Source: Candidatus Omnitrophota bacterium
GTDB taxonomy: Bacteria > Omnitrophota > Gorgyraeia > Zapsychrales > Fredricksoniimonadaceae
Assembly (NCBI GenBank): GCA_015233375.1
Contig: JADFXW010000002.1
Coordinates: forward strand, 1-44,105
Length of the DNA: 44,105 nt
Direction: 5' to 3'
In this document: positions 25,098-35,043 of the stretch, piece after piece
How the letters are laid out: each line of letters begins with the position of its first letter
Numbering within the stretch: position 1 is the first letter of the stretch
The notes under the pieces: generated by a model
What the model was told of the DNA's origin: nothing
What the model saw: the letters and a program-made list of their open reading frames with translations, nothing else
Databases searched by the model: none
Translations under genes and position numbers: made by a program

Positions 25098-26999
25098 ATG
25101 TGCGGTATCGCTGGATATATTCTAAATAAACCAATTCAACCTTCAAGTGAGGGGTTAGAGAGCTTATTGCAATCCATCCGTAAGCGTGGCCCTGATGATG
25201 AAGGGATTTGTCTTATTGAAAGTGCGCAAAATACGCATCGATTTTATAGGAATGATAACACCTATCAAGCCTTAGCCAGCTTACCGCATATCAAAGCCAG
25301 TGATGGTTATGTACATGACATTGCCTTGCTGCAAACCCGTTATGCTATTTTGGATTTGAGCCAGAAAGGTCATCAACCTTTTATCAGCCAAGATGGTTCT
25401 ATTATCGCTATCTTTAATGGTGAGATTTATAATTATCTCGAATTACGTAAGGAACTTGAAGCTTCAGGTGTTTCATTTTGTACCCAATGTGATACGGAAG
25501 TCCTGACTGAAGGGTATGCTCAATGGAAAGACGAGTTATGGGGCAAGATGAACGGGTTTTGGGCTGTTGTTCTCTATGATCGTCACACACACACACTTGT
25601 TTTGTCCCGAGACCGTATAGGAGTGGCACCCCTTTATTACAGGGAAACCCCGGAAGGCTTATTTTTTTCAAGCTATATTGCCTCCTTATTGGATAGCAAT
25701 GGACGTAAGGCAAATTTTAATGAAGATTCTATTCGAGGGTTTTTAGAAACAGGGCTTAAAGATATTGAATATTCAACTTATTATGAAGGTATTAAAACCC
25801 TGCCAGCAGCCAGTGTGGTCCATTTATCAGGCCCAAAACGTTTGGTCTCTGATGCCAAAAGGCATGATTTTTGGTCTTTGCCTGATACAAGGCTTGGGGA
25901 AAGGGACCTTTCTTTTGAATCTGCTGTTAAAAATTTTCGGGAAATATTTTTTAATGCCGTTGATATTCGTTTGCGCGCTGATGTGAAGCTGGCTTTTGAA
26001 TTAAGCGGTGGGCTTGATAGTTCTTCCGTCGTTGCCGCTGCAGCCTGCTTGGCAAAACAGAAGATAACAACTTATACCGCAAAGATCAAGGATGCCAATG
26101 AAGAACCTTACGCGCATTCTATCCTCAAGAAATATGATGTGGATTATCGCGTGATTGATAAAATCGAGGATCAGTTTATTCATGATTATATTTCATTCAC
26201 GCGCTTGATGGAGGAACCATACGATAATCCTAATGCGTATACGCATCACCAAATGTTGAGGCTGATGAAAGAAGAGGGAGTCAAAGTAGTTGTTACAGGA
26301 GCAGGCGGGGATGAGGTTTTAGCGGGTTATGAAGCAAGTTTTTGGCCTAAGGCGTATGAACAGTGGCGTCAAGAAGGGCCGTTAGGCTTCTTTAGGGCTG
26401 ATTGGTATGAATTTTGTCGTCGATTTAAAACGCCCAGGAGTGCGTTTAAGACATTAAAGCACTATATGATGGATCCAGGGAGAAGGATTTCAGGTTTTAA
26501 AAAAAAGGGCCCCAAAGTCCTTCAATCTCCTGGAGGCGGGAAGGCTTTAGAATATCAAAATCAATACGACAGCCTCACCTTTGATCAACAAAGGCGTTTT
26601 CATTTTAATGTGGCGCTTTTACCCTTCTATATGCGCAGCAGTGATCATTTCACGATGGGTATTCCTATAGAACACCGGTTTCCTTTGCTTGATTATAGGA
26701 TAATTGAGTTTTGCCTAAGGTTGCCCATCAGTTATCTGTTTAGAAATGGTTGGACAAAGTATATTTTAAGAAAAGCCATGGAACCCTATTTGCCCTCTAA
26801 AATTGTCTGGCGCAGGCAGAAAATGGGGTTCCAATTTCCCTATAGCAGGTATTTTAAAATGCATCGCAATACCTTTGAACCTGTTTTGAAGGCTGGTTAT
26901 CCAGATTGTGATTATCAACAGATGCTGACCACAGATCCGATAAAGTTGTGGCGGTATCTTTCAACAGTTATTTGGCGGCAGAATAATGAGGATTTATGA
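25098..26999 (+). CDS. Asparagine synthase (glutamine-hydrolysing) family amidotransferase, AsnB-like
   Basis: MCGIAGY provides the N-terminal Cys nucleophile. The SGGLDSS PP-loop is present. 633 aa. Confidence 0.9.
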   Translation: MCGIAGYILNKPIQPSSEGLESLLQSIRKRGPDDEGICLIESAQNTHRFYRNDNTYQALASLPHIKASDGYVHDIALLQTRYAILDLSQKGHQPFISQDGSIIAIFNGEIYNYLELRKELEASGVSFCTQCDTEVLTEGYAQWKDELWGKMNGFWAVVLYDRHTHTLVLSRDRIGVAPLYYRETPEGLFFSSYIASLLDSNGRKANFNEDSIRGFLETGLKDIEYSTYYEGIKTLPAASVVHLSGPKRLVSDAKRHDFWSLPDTRLGERDLSFESAVKNFREIFFNAVDIRLRADVKLAFELSGGLDSSSVVAAAACLAKQKITTYTAKIKDANEEPYAHSILKKYDVDYRVIDKIEDQFIHDYISFTRLMEEPYDNPNAYTHHQMLRLMKEEGVKVVVTGAGGDEVLAGYEASFWPKAYEQWRQEGPLGFFRADWYEFCRRFKTPRSAFKTLKHYMMDPGRRISGFKKKGPKVLQSPGGGKALEYQNQYDSLTFDQQRRFHFNVALLPFYMRSSDHFTMGIPIEHRFPLLDYRIIEFCLRLPISYLFRNGWTKYILRKAMEPYLPSKIVWRRQKMGFQFPYSRYFKMHRNTFEPVLKAGYPDCDYQQMLTTDPIKLWRYLSTVIWRQNNEDL

Positions 27000-28210
27000 C
27001 CATTATTTTTTTAGTCGACATATTTCCGTCTATTTCAGAGACCTTCATCCTTAATCAGGTTACAGGGATGATTGATTTAGGTCATGAGGTGTTTATTTTC
27101 TCAGCTTCACGATCTGATGAACCAAATTTTCATGATGATGTCCGCAAATATGACCTGCTTAAAAGAACCTATTTTCATAATGATATACCCTCGAGTAAAT
27201 GGAAACGCTTTTTGTGGGCGCTTTTTATGGTGTTTTCTTATGGGCATCGTAACCCACGTGCTATTTTGAATGCATTAAATTTTTTTAAGTACGGCAAGGA
27301 GGCCTTATCTTTAACTTATTTGTATAAGGTGATGTTGTTTTTAGGTGTGAATAAGGCGGATGTCCTTTATGGCCATTTTGGACATAATGGGAATTTCGCG
27401 GCATTGATGAAGGAATTAGGCATTGCGGGTAAGGTAGTGACCATGTTTCATGGCTACGATATTAGACGCGGTATTAAGAACAAAGATTTGTATAAGCCTT
27501 TATTCAAGTATGCGGATGCGATATTAAGTATTTCTGATTACAACTATCAACACTTGGTTGAGTTTGGCGCGCCTGTAGAAAGAATCTATAATCATCCTGT
27601 AGGTATTCATGTTGGGCGATATGTTTCATTGCCGTTGAAAACACCTGAACAAGGTGAGGTTATTCGTATTTTGAGTGTTGGCAGGCTTGTTGAAGAAAAG
27701 GGTTTTGGGTATGCCATTGATGTTATCCACCAATTGGTCTATGAACGAGGCTTAACTCATATTGAATATTGTATTATCGGCGACGGCCCATTAAGAGAAG
27801 AATTGCAGGCAAAGGTCAAGTCCTTGAAACTCACGGATAAGGTTTTTTTCTTAGGGTATCAGCCTCAAGATGGGGTGGAGCAATCCCTGGCTTGCGCACA
27901 TTTGTTTTTACTTTCGAGTGTGGCAGAGGCACTGCCAGTTGTCTTGATGGAGGCCCAGGCGTCCGGGCTTCCGGTGGTTGCCACCCGTGTGGGCAGTGTT
28001 CATCAATTAGTGATGGACGGTGTTAGTGGTTTTATAGTTGCCCCAGAAGATGTTCATGGGATGTGTGATAAATTAGAATATTTGATACGTCATCCTTTTC
28101 AATGGAAGGCGATGGGTCAAGAAGGACGCAGGTCTATACAAGAACATTATGATGTTAAGGCATTAAATTTAAAACTTGATAAAATATTTAAGGAAATAAT
28201 TCTCAAATAA
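26996..28210 (+). CDS. GT4 glycosyltransferase, WcaL-like
   Basis: The N-terminal FPSISETFILNQVTGMIDLGHEV resembles WcaL-type transferases. The C-terminal E-x7-E region is SVAEALPVVLMEAQASGLPVVATRVGS. Confidence 0.8.
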   Translation: MTIIFLVDIFPSISETFILNQVTGMIDLGHEVFIFSASRSDEPNFHDDVRKYDLLKRTYFHNDIPSSKWKRFLWALFMVFSYGHRNPRAILNALNFFKYGKEALSLTYLYKVMLFLGVNKADVLYGHFGHNGNFAALMKELGIAGKVVTMFHGYDIRRGIKNKDLYKPLFKYADAILSISDYNYQHLVEFGAPVERIYNHPVGIHVGRYVSLPLKTPEQGEVIRILSVGRLVEEKGFGYAIDVIHQLVYERGLTHIEYCIIGDGPLREELQAKVKSLKLTDKVFFLGYQPQDGVEQSLACAHLFLLSSVAEALPVVLMEAQASGLPVVATRVGSVHQLVMDGVSGFIVAPEDVHGMCDKLEYLIRHPFQWKAMGQEGRRSIQEHYDVKALNLKLDKIFKEIILK

Positions 28211-29131
28211 ATGATGAATACTCCAATCCCTATTGTCAGTGTTGTGGTGACCACCTATAATCGCCGAGAAAAATTAGAGCGCGCCTTAAAAAGTGTTTTG
28301 ACTCAAACCTTAAAGGAGCTAGAGGTGATTGTGGTTGATAATGCTTCTGTAGACCACACACAAGAATTGGTGGAAGGCCTGAAGGATGATCGCATTAAGT
28401 ATATCCGCCATGCCACTAATAAAGGGGGGCCTGCAGCACGAAATACCGGCATTAAGGCGGCCCGTGCATCGTTGATTGCTTTTTTAGATGATGATGACCA
28501 ATGGCAGCCTGAAAAATTGGAACTTCAGGTGAATAAATTTAAAGATTTGTCACTATCTGTAGGGGTTGTTTATGTGGGTGCTGAAATTTTCGATGAACTC
28601 AAACAAAAGGTGTTAAAGACAAACCTGCCGCAGTGGCGCGGGCACGTTTATCAAAGGCTTCTGTTAGGAACAATGTTAAGCTCTGTGAGCAGTGTTTTAG
28701 TTAGAGCTGAATGTTTTCAAAAGGTTGGGCTGTTTGATGAGGATTTAACAAGCTGCCAGGATTGGGACATGTGGTTGCGGATTTCAAAGCAGTATGAATT
28801 TGATTATGTAAATGAGGTCTTGGCTCGCATTAATATGCATGGGAAACAGATTTCAACGAATTTTGCGGCCATGATACCAGGGCGGACCCGCATGGTTGTC
28901 AAACACCAACAGGAGTTTGCCAAGTTTCCAGCTATTTATGTGATTCATTTGAAAAGATTAGGCAAGATGCATTGTATTAATGGCACATGGCGTCTTGGGA
29001 TAGAATGGTTTATGAAAGCCATTAAGGTCAATCGTTTTGAGGCTTTTAAAATTGTAGCGTGGTGTGTTTTGGAATTACCTGTTGTTAAATTCACATCAAA
29101 TTTAAAGGGCTTTAAGAGATATGAAAATTGA
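28211..29131 (+). CDS. GT2 family glycosyltransferase
   Basis: VSVVVTTYNRREKLERALKSVLTQT, VVDNAS and FLDDDD. Confidence 0.85.
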   Translation: MMNTPIPIVSVVVTTYNRREKLERALKSVLTQTLKELEVIVVDNASVDHTQELVEGLKDDRIKYIRHATNKGGPAARNTGIKAARASLIAFLDDDDQWQPEKLELQVNKFKDLSLSVGVVYVGAEIFDELKQKVLKTNLPQWRGHVYQRLLLGTMLSSVSSVLVRAECFQKVGLFDEDLTSCQDWDMWLRISKQYEFDYVNEVLARINMHGKQISTNFAAMIPGRTRMVVKHQQEFAKFPAIYVIHLKRLGKMHCINGTWRLGIEWFMKAIKVNRFEAFKIVAWCVLELPVVKFTSNLKGFKRYEN

Positions 29132-30089
29132 TGTTTTGATGTATCATGGCTTCACTGATAAAGAAAAACATCCTGGTATTGAAAATCACCATGGCAAACA
29201 TTTGTTTATCCAGAAATTTGAAGATCAAATTGTATTCTTAAAGAATAATTATAATGTCATATCAGTAAAAGAGTTGAAAGAGTTTTTTGCTGAAGGAAGA
29301 AAATTTGAGAAGCCTTCTGTGTTGATAACTTTTGACGATGGGTATCGATCTAATTTTAGACTCGCCTTTCCTGTGCTTCAAAGGCACCAGGTCCCGGCAG
29401 TTGTTTTTGTGACAACGGATTTTATTGATAAGAAAATGCCTTTATGGTTTGACCGTATTGAATATGCCTTGGAAAGGTCAACCAGGAAAGTCCTTGAGTT
29501 TGATTTTGATGGTAAGGCTCATCAATTTGATCTTCGTTCTTTGTATGATCGGATTCAGACAGAACACAAGATTAAAGACATGATAAAGTCTACTTCAGGG
29601 CAGAAAGACCAGATCCTTTTACAGATTGAAAAGGCTTTGGGGGAATCTTTGGATATTAATCATTGTCCTGACATTTTTGCCCCATTATCCTGGGATGAAA
29701 TACGCATGATGAAAACCAGTGGACTTCTGACCATTGGAAGTCATACCTGTTCACATGCTATATTGACCAGATGTCCTCAAGAAGATATCAAAAAAGAATT
29801 GGTTGAATCGCGTAAGCGCATTGAAGAAGAAATTCAAGCCCCATGTGTTGATTTTAGTTATCCCAATGGAGAAAAGGATGATTTTAGTAATACCACGCAT
29901 TATCTGTTAAGCAAATGCGGGTATAGATTGGCCTTTGTTTCGATCGTTGGTTCTAATGATCAGTTAAGTAATCGGTATGAATTAAAACGCTTGAATATCC
30001 ATAATGCGGGAGACTTACACGGGTTTAAGCGCACATTATCTGGCTTTTTTCGTTCTCTAAGATTGGTGAAAAAATGGAAGTTATATTAA
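29121..30089 (+). CDS. Polysaccharide deacetylase (CE4/NodB family)
   Basis: ITFDDGYRSN (motif 1) and GSHTCSH (His motif). Confidence 0.85.
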   Translation: MKIDVLMYHGFTDKEKHPGIENHHGKHLFIQKFEDQIVFLKNNYNVISVKELKEFFAEGRKFEKPSVLITFDDGYRSNFRLAFPVLQRHQVPAVVFVTTDFIDKKMPLWFDRIEYALERSTRKVLEFDFDGKAHQFDLRSLYDRIQTEHKIKDMIKSTSGQKDQILLQIEKALGESLDINHCPDIFAPLSWDEIRMMKTSGLLTIGSHTCSHAILTRCPQEDIKKELVESRKRIEEEIQAPCVDFSYPNGEKDDFSNTTHYLLSKCGYRLAFVSIVGSNDQLSNRYELKRLNIHNAGDLHGFKRTLSGFFRSLRLVKKWKLY

Positions 30090-31108
30090 AACAAGAGTGG
30101 AAAGATATCAACCCTCATGAATGGGATGATCTTCTGTTAAAGAGCCCCACTCAAACTGTTTTTCAACTCTTTGGCTGGCATCAGTCCTGGTGGGAACATT
30201 TTTCTATTGGTAAACAATTATTCTTGATTCAAGTATTTGAAGACAAAAAATTGATTGGTTTAGCACCTCTTTACAGGATAACTAAAGGGCCTTGGCGTAT
30301 CCTGAAGTTTATCGGATCTGGGCATTCGGATTATTGTGATTTTCTGTATCCCTTAGACAATCCAGCAGTATTATCTGCTATTCTTAAATGGTTGGCTCTT
30401 CATCAACAATGGTGGGATGTTCTTGTTTTTGATTATATCCCTGAAAGATCAATGTCGATGGCCCTAATGAATGAGGCTTTCAAGGATAGTGGATTGGGTT
30501 TAAGAAAATATTCTGAGATCCAATGCCCGGCAGTTTTGTTTGATAGGGCCATTGCCGGAGAGTTAATCGACAAACAAAGCCTGCGCAGGCATGCTAAGCA
30601 TTTTCAAGTTTTAGAGGGTTATAAGGTCTTACACTTGAACGCCTGGGAAGATATTGAGCCATGGCTAGAACAGTTCTTTGGGCAGCATATCGAGCGTTGG
30701 CATCATTCGAGTCATAAAAGTTTATTTATTAAAAGTGAGAATGTGGCTTTTTACAGGTCATTTATCAAGTGTTTATGCGCAAAAGGGAATGTTGTTTTTT
30801 CCGTTATTCAATCTCAAGGTCAACCCATTGCGTTTCATATCGGGTTGTTGTTTGGAAAGGATTTTATTTGGTATAAGCCTTCGTTTGATATTTCTTTATC
30901 ACGATATTCGCCAGGCGAGGTGCTTTTAAGGGAACTTTTTATTTATGCCTGTTCTCAAGGTATAAGTAAGTTTGATTTTTCGATTGGTGATGAGCCTTTT
31001 AAAAGGCGGTTTGCTAATGCCTATGAGAAGAATGTTTCGTTTAAGGTGTTTAAATCAAGAGGCCTGGGTTTGTTAGATGCTCTATTGATGATAAGGCATA
31101 GGATATAA
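30074..31108 (+). CDS. GNAT-fold acyltransferase, FemAB/CelD(BcsL)-like
   Basis: The size and the pattern ..FLIQVFEDKKLIGLAPLY.., ..IAFHIGLLFGKDFIWYKPSFD.. and SPGEVLL fit the Acetyltransf_6-type family. Assigned from memory. Confidence 0.6.
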   Translation: MEVILKQEWKDINPHEWDDLLLKSPTQTVFQLFGWHQSWWEHFSIGKQLFLIQVFEDKKLIGLAPLYRITKGPWRILKFIGSGHSDYCDFLYPLDNPAVLSAILKWLALHQQWWDVLVFDYIPERSMSMALMNEAFKDSGLGLRKYSEIQCPAVLFDRAIAGELIDKQSLRRHAKHFQVLEGYKVLHLNAWEDIEPWLEQFFGQHIERWHHSSHKSLFIKSENVAFYRSFIKCLCAKGNVVFSVIQSQGQPIAFHIGLLFGKDFIWYKPSFDISLSRYSPGEVLLRELFIYACSQGISKFDFSIGDEPFKRRFANAYEKNVSFKVFKSRGLGLLDALLMIRHRI

Positions 31109-31109
31109 A

Positions 31110-32123
31110 ATGAAAATATTATTAGTCGGATACCACAATCCTCATTTTACCAACACCATGGTCTGGCGTGAAAAGGCCGTTGAATATTTAGGCCATGAGC
31201 TGTTAACCTTTGATGACAGGAGTTTTTTGTTCCCAGGCCGTCTGAGGGATAAAAGCCCGTTTTTACATCAATGGGATTTGGAGCGACTCAATAAGTCTCT
31301 GGTCCAATTTGTTGATAAACATTCACCTGATATTTGCTTAATAGTTGGGGGACAGAGAATTTTATCTTCTTCGGTTATTGAAATCAAGAAAAGAGGGATA
31401 TGGACAGCGTTATGGACATCAGATGTCCCTATCGATTTCAAGAATATTTTACAGGCAGCCCCTTTTTATGATCATTTATTTTGCGCGGGGAGTGAGGCTG
31501 TTGATATTTTTCATAAGGAAGGATATCGTCAAGTGACCTGGTTGCCGTTTGCATGCGATCAGAATTTTCATAAGCCTTTTTCTTTAACAGGTAAAGAAGC
31601 CAAGGCCTATGGAAGGGACCTTGTGTTTGTAGGGTCCTATTATCCTAACCGCGCCAAGACCCTGGAGTCGCTAGCGGCTTTTGATATAGGTGTTTGGGGG
31701 CCGTATTGGTCAAAATTATCATTTGATTCTAAACTGAAATTAAAAGCAGTAGACGTTAAAATGAATTTTGACCAATGGGTCAAGATTTATAGCGCCTCCA
31801 AGATTTGTGTGGTCATTCATTATCAAGACGAAAATTGCCTCTGCCATCAGATAAGTCCGAAGGTCTTTGAAGCCATGGCTTGTGGATGTTTTGTCTTAAC
31901 AGACAGGCAAAAGGATGCCTCGAAGGTGTTTCAAGATAAAGAACATCTTGTGTTTTTTGATAACGAGTCTGATCTCTGCCAAAAAGCCCAGTATTATTTA
32001 GATAACGATGAGAAGCGAAGGCAAATAGCGCGGGATGCACAAGCTTTTGTGTTGGCCTCTCACCGATATCAGGATAGGATTAAAAAAATTTTAGACACTT
32101 TTCAAGGGAAGGTGGGGTTATGA
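31110..32123 (+). CDS. CgeB-family glycosyltransferase (Glyco_trans_1_2-like C-domain)
   Basis: ISPKVFEAMACGCFVLTD and KEHLVFFDNESDL..YYL.NDEKRRQIA are typical of the CgeB/DUF3880 family. Confidence 0.65.
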   Translation: MKILLVGYHNPHFTNTMVWREKAVEYLGHELLTFDDRSFLFPGRLRDKSPFLHQWDLERLNKSLVQFVDKHSPDICLIVGGQRILSSSVIEIKKRGIWTALWTSDVPIDFKNILQAAPFYDHLFCAGSEAVDIFHKEGYRQVTWLPFACDQNFHKPFSLTGKEAKAYGRDLVFVGSYYPNRAKTLESLAAFDIGVWGPYWSKLSFDSKLKLKAVDVKMNFDQWVKIYSASKICVVIHYQDENCLCHQISPKVFEAMACGCFVLTDRQKDASKVFQDKEHLVFFDNESDLCQKAQYYLDNDEKRRQIARDAQAFVLASHRYQDRIKKILDTFQGKVGL

Positions 32124-32848
32124 GCGACTGTCGAAAAAAGCTGTTTGACGCGTATCATGAGGCTGTTTATAAACAAAGTAATTCCTTAACCCAAGAACAG
32201 TTTGAATGGGCTTGTGGGACATTTGAACATGAGTGGGGAGGCTTTATCCCAGAGACTAAAGATGCGGTTATCCTTGATTTTGGTTGTGGGGTCGGGGATT
32301 TCTTATATTATTTGAAGAAAAACGGATACACCAACTTTTATGGTATTGATACTTCTGCTGGGCAGATTGAGTATTGCAGGCTTAAGGTCAGTGATAAGGC
32401 CCAAGTTATTGACGGAAGAGAGTTTCTTAAAGACAAGGCAGGCATTTATGATTTTATCATGGTTAAGGATGTCTTGGAGCATATACCTAAGAATGAGGTT
32501 ATTGAACTTCTTGGGTTGCTGCATCAAGCCCTTAAAGCTCACGGTAAACTTGTAATCCGTGTGCCGAATATGAGTAATCCTTTTGGATTAGACGCTCGTT
32601 TCAATGATTTTACCCATGAAACAGGTTTTACCTCAAAGAGCCTTAATCAGGTGTTGATTACCGCTGGATTTACTGATGTGCAGATCCTGCCAGACCAAAA
32701 AATGGTTATCCGTTCTTTTAAAAATTGGATACGGAGCATCTTGGTCTGGAAGTTACGTCATTTGATCCGTTTTTGTTATTACATCCAAGATTACACCGTA
32801 CCCAATAATTTGGATAAAAACATTGTTGCTGTGAGTATCAAATCATGA
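32120..32848 (+). CDS. Class I SAM-dependent methyltransferase
   Basis: ILDFGCGVGDF is motif I. VKDVLEHI is the post-motif II/III region. Confidence 0.85.
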   Translation: MSDCRKKLFDAYHEAVYKQSNSLTQEQFEWACGTFEHEWGGFIPETKDAVILDFGCGVGDFLYYLKKNGYTNFYGIDTSAGQIEYCRLKVSDKAQVIDGREFLKDKAGIYDFIMVKDVLEHIPKNEVIELLGLLHQALKAHGKLVIRVPNMSNPFGLDARFNDFTHETGFTSKSLNQVLITAGFTDVQILPDQKMVIRSFKNWIRSILVWKLRHLIRFCYYIQDYTVPNNLDKNIVAVSIKS

Positions 32849-33933
32849 GTCCAACTGTCAAAAAAATTAAGGTTTTACATTTATTGGAATGGTGTGAGTT
32901 GGGCGGCGGCCTTGAAATCATGACCAAGGAGATTGTTTGTGGTTTAGACAAAGAAAAATTTGAGGTGGAGGTATGGTGCTTGTACCGTGGCGGGCTCATG
33001 GCTGAAGAAATCCATCAACAGGGCCTCCCTGTCCGCGTTTTGAATATTTCGACTTACCATAATCCATGTAATATCCTTAAATTAATTTATTTATTTAAAG
33101 AAGCAAGGCCGGATATTATTCATACTCATGTGTATTTTGCTTCTACGATAGGCAGAATCGCTGCCAAATTAGCAGGGGTTAAGGTGTGTATTAATCATGT
33201 CCATAGTTCCTATTGGCATTATTCTAAATGGAACCTGATGATTGAGCGGGTTTTGAGTGTGTGGACGGAAAAGATAATTTGTGTTTCTCAAAGCGTGCGT
33301 GATTTTGTGGTTCAGTATGAGAAGATCCCTTCATCCAAAGTCTTGGTTATCTATAACGGTATTACACGCAAAGAAATCAATAGCCAACCCAATCATGATT
33401 TTATTGTCACCATTGTGGCCAGTTTATTTGCTAACAAAGGCCATCGGGTCTTATTAGAGGCTATAGCTTCCTTAAAAAACAAACATCCGTCTTTAAAATG
33501 TTGGATGGTGGGTGAAGGACAAGAGGGGCTTGGTTTAAGAGCGCTTTGTGAAGAGTTGGGTATTGTAGACAGGGTTGTTTTTTGGGGGGTTCGCTGGGAT
33601 ATTCCAGAGATTTTAGCCCAAAGCCAGTTGTTTGTCTTGACTTCCACCCAAAGGGAAGGGTTAGGGGTCGCTATTCTAGAGGCTATGGCTTATGGCCTGC
33701 CGGTCATTGCAAGCCGTGTGGGAGGTATTCCTGAGATAATTGAGGACGGAAAGAATGGATGCTTGGTCCCTCCAGGGGATTCTCAAAAGTTAGCGGAATG
33801 TATTGATAGGCTGATCCAAAACACAGATGAGCGCCAACGTCTGGCATCAGCAGGCAGGCAAACATTTGAAGAACGTTTTCAGGCTAAATACATGATTGAA
33901 AAGATTCAAGAACTGTATTTATCGGCAATTTAA
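32845..33933 (+). CDS. GT4 glycosyltransferase
   Basis: REGLGVAILEAMAYGLPVIASRVGGIPEII. The TAA stop codon is the first three bases of a conserved junction motif. Confidence 0.85.
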   Translation: MSPTVKKIKVLHLLEWCELGGGLEIMTKEIVCGLDKEKFEVEVWCLYRGGLMAEEIHQQGLPVRVLNISTYHNPCNILKLIYLFKEARPDIIHTHVYFASTIGRIAAKLAGVKVCINHVHSSYWHYSKWNLMIERVLSVWTEKIICVSQSVRDFVVQYEKIPSSKVLVIYNGITRKEINSQPNHDFIVTIVASLFANKGHRVLLEAIASLKNKHPSLKCWMVGEGQEGLGLRALCEELGIVDRVVFWGVRWDIPEILAQSQLFVLTSTQREGLGVAILEAMAYGLPVIASRVGGIPEIIEDGKNGCLVPPGDSQKLAECIDRLIQNTDERQRLASAGRQTFEERFQAKYMIEKIQELYLSAI

Positions 33934-33978
33934 CTTACGCGAGAACTTCATGTTTGTTACGGCGTGGATTATAGTGAG

Positions 33979-34160
33979 GTTTATGGACGCTGTAAAAGTT
34001 TTTTCCGAAACGGGATATTTTCGCCGTCATCTACGGTTTGCAACAATTGTTTTCTAAAGTATGCTTAGTATATTTGGAAAACAATTGTTGCAAAACCTTG
34101 ACGACTTTTGGCGAAAAATCCCTTAATGTTTCGGAAAAAACTTTTACAGCGTCCATAAAC
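33979..34160. repeat. Long palindromic intergenic element E2 (subfamily I)
   Basis: GTTTATGGACGCTGTAAAAGTTTTTTCCGAAAC...loop CTAAAGTATGCTTAGTATATTTGG...GTTTCGGAAAAAACTTTTACAGCGTCCATAAAC. Its core is homologous to the reverse complement of E1. Confidence 0.9.
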
Positions 34161-34182
34161 CTGCATCACGTGGATGGAAAGA

Positions 34183-34290
34183 AAATTGGCTCTTTGAAAT
34201 TTTGAATGGGTAGCAAAGCTTAATCTTACGCGAGGCCAAGCCACCCGCTAATCTATACCATTCCTACCCATTCAAAATTCAAAAGAATCA
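34183..34290 (+). repeat. Mosaic repeat unit: T-motif hairpin enclosing junction motifs ('empty' copy)
   Basis: CTTTGAAATTTTGAATGGGTAG ... CTACCCATTCAAAATTCAAAAG form a 22-nt stem. Positions 34183-34260 are near-identical to 43907-44105, except that the latter carries an extra GC-rich hairpin. Confidence 0.85.
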
Positions 34291-34317
34291 GAAAATTAGA
34301 TAAGGACGAAGAATTTT

Positions 34318-35043
34318 ATGAGATATGGAATTATTTCAGATATTCACTCCAACCTGGAAGCTTTTGAGGCAGTGATGACTGAATGTCGTCAGTTAAAAAT
34401 AGAGACCTTGTTATGTTGCGGGGATATTGTGGGCTATGGAGCTGATCCCAAAGCTTGTATTCATTTGGTCAAAAAAGGGAACATAGTTTCTGTTGCTGGT
34501 AACCATGATTGGGCGGTGTCAGGACGGCTTGACTTTTCTTATTTTACTCCCAATGGCCAGGCTGCGGTCTTATGGACCAGATCGCAACTGGGTATGGAAG
34601 ATATGATTTATTTAAACAATCTGCCTTCATGGCTGAAGAACAAAGACTGTACCCTTGTCCATGGGACCTTGCAATCACCGGGCCAGTTTACTTATTTGAC
34701 CAACATTGAGAAAGCCTCCCAAACCTTTGCCCTTATGGAAAACAAGGTGTGTTTTGTAGGGCATACCCATGTGCCTCAAGTGTATATCGAGCGTGAGGGG
34801 AGGATTTATTCGAGTGATATTTTAGATATTGATATTCAACCTGATTGCAGATATATCATTAATGTGGGAAGTGTCGGACAGCCGAGGGACAGGAATCCTT
34901 TGGCCAGTTTTTGTGTTTATGATACCCAATTAGAGATGATTGAAAATCACAGGGTCCCTTATGATATTGAAAGGGCCCAACAGAAAATATTAGAGGCAGG
35001 TTTGCCTCAAGCCTTGGGCCTGCGTTTAAGAGAGGGACGATAA
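34318..35043 (+). CDS. Metallophosphoesterase (YfcE/MJ0936-like)
   Basis: ISDIHSN, CCGDIVGYG, GNHD and GHTH. Confidence 0.85.
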   Translation: MRYGIISDIHSNLEAFEAVMTECRQLKIETLLCCGDIVGYGADPKACIHLVKKGNIVSVAGNHDWAVSGRLDFSYFTPNGQAAVLWTRSQLGMEDMIYLNNLPSWLKNKDCTLVHGTLQSPGQFTYLTNIEKASQTFALMENKVCFVGHTHVPQVYIEREGRIYSSDILDIDIQPDCRYIINVGSVGQPRDRNPLASFCVYDTQLEMIENHRVPYDIERAQQKILEAGLPQALGLRLREGR

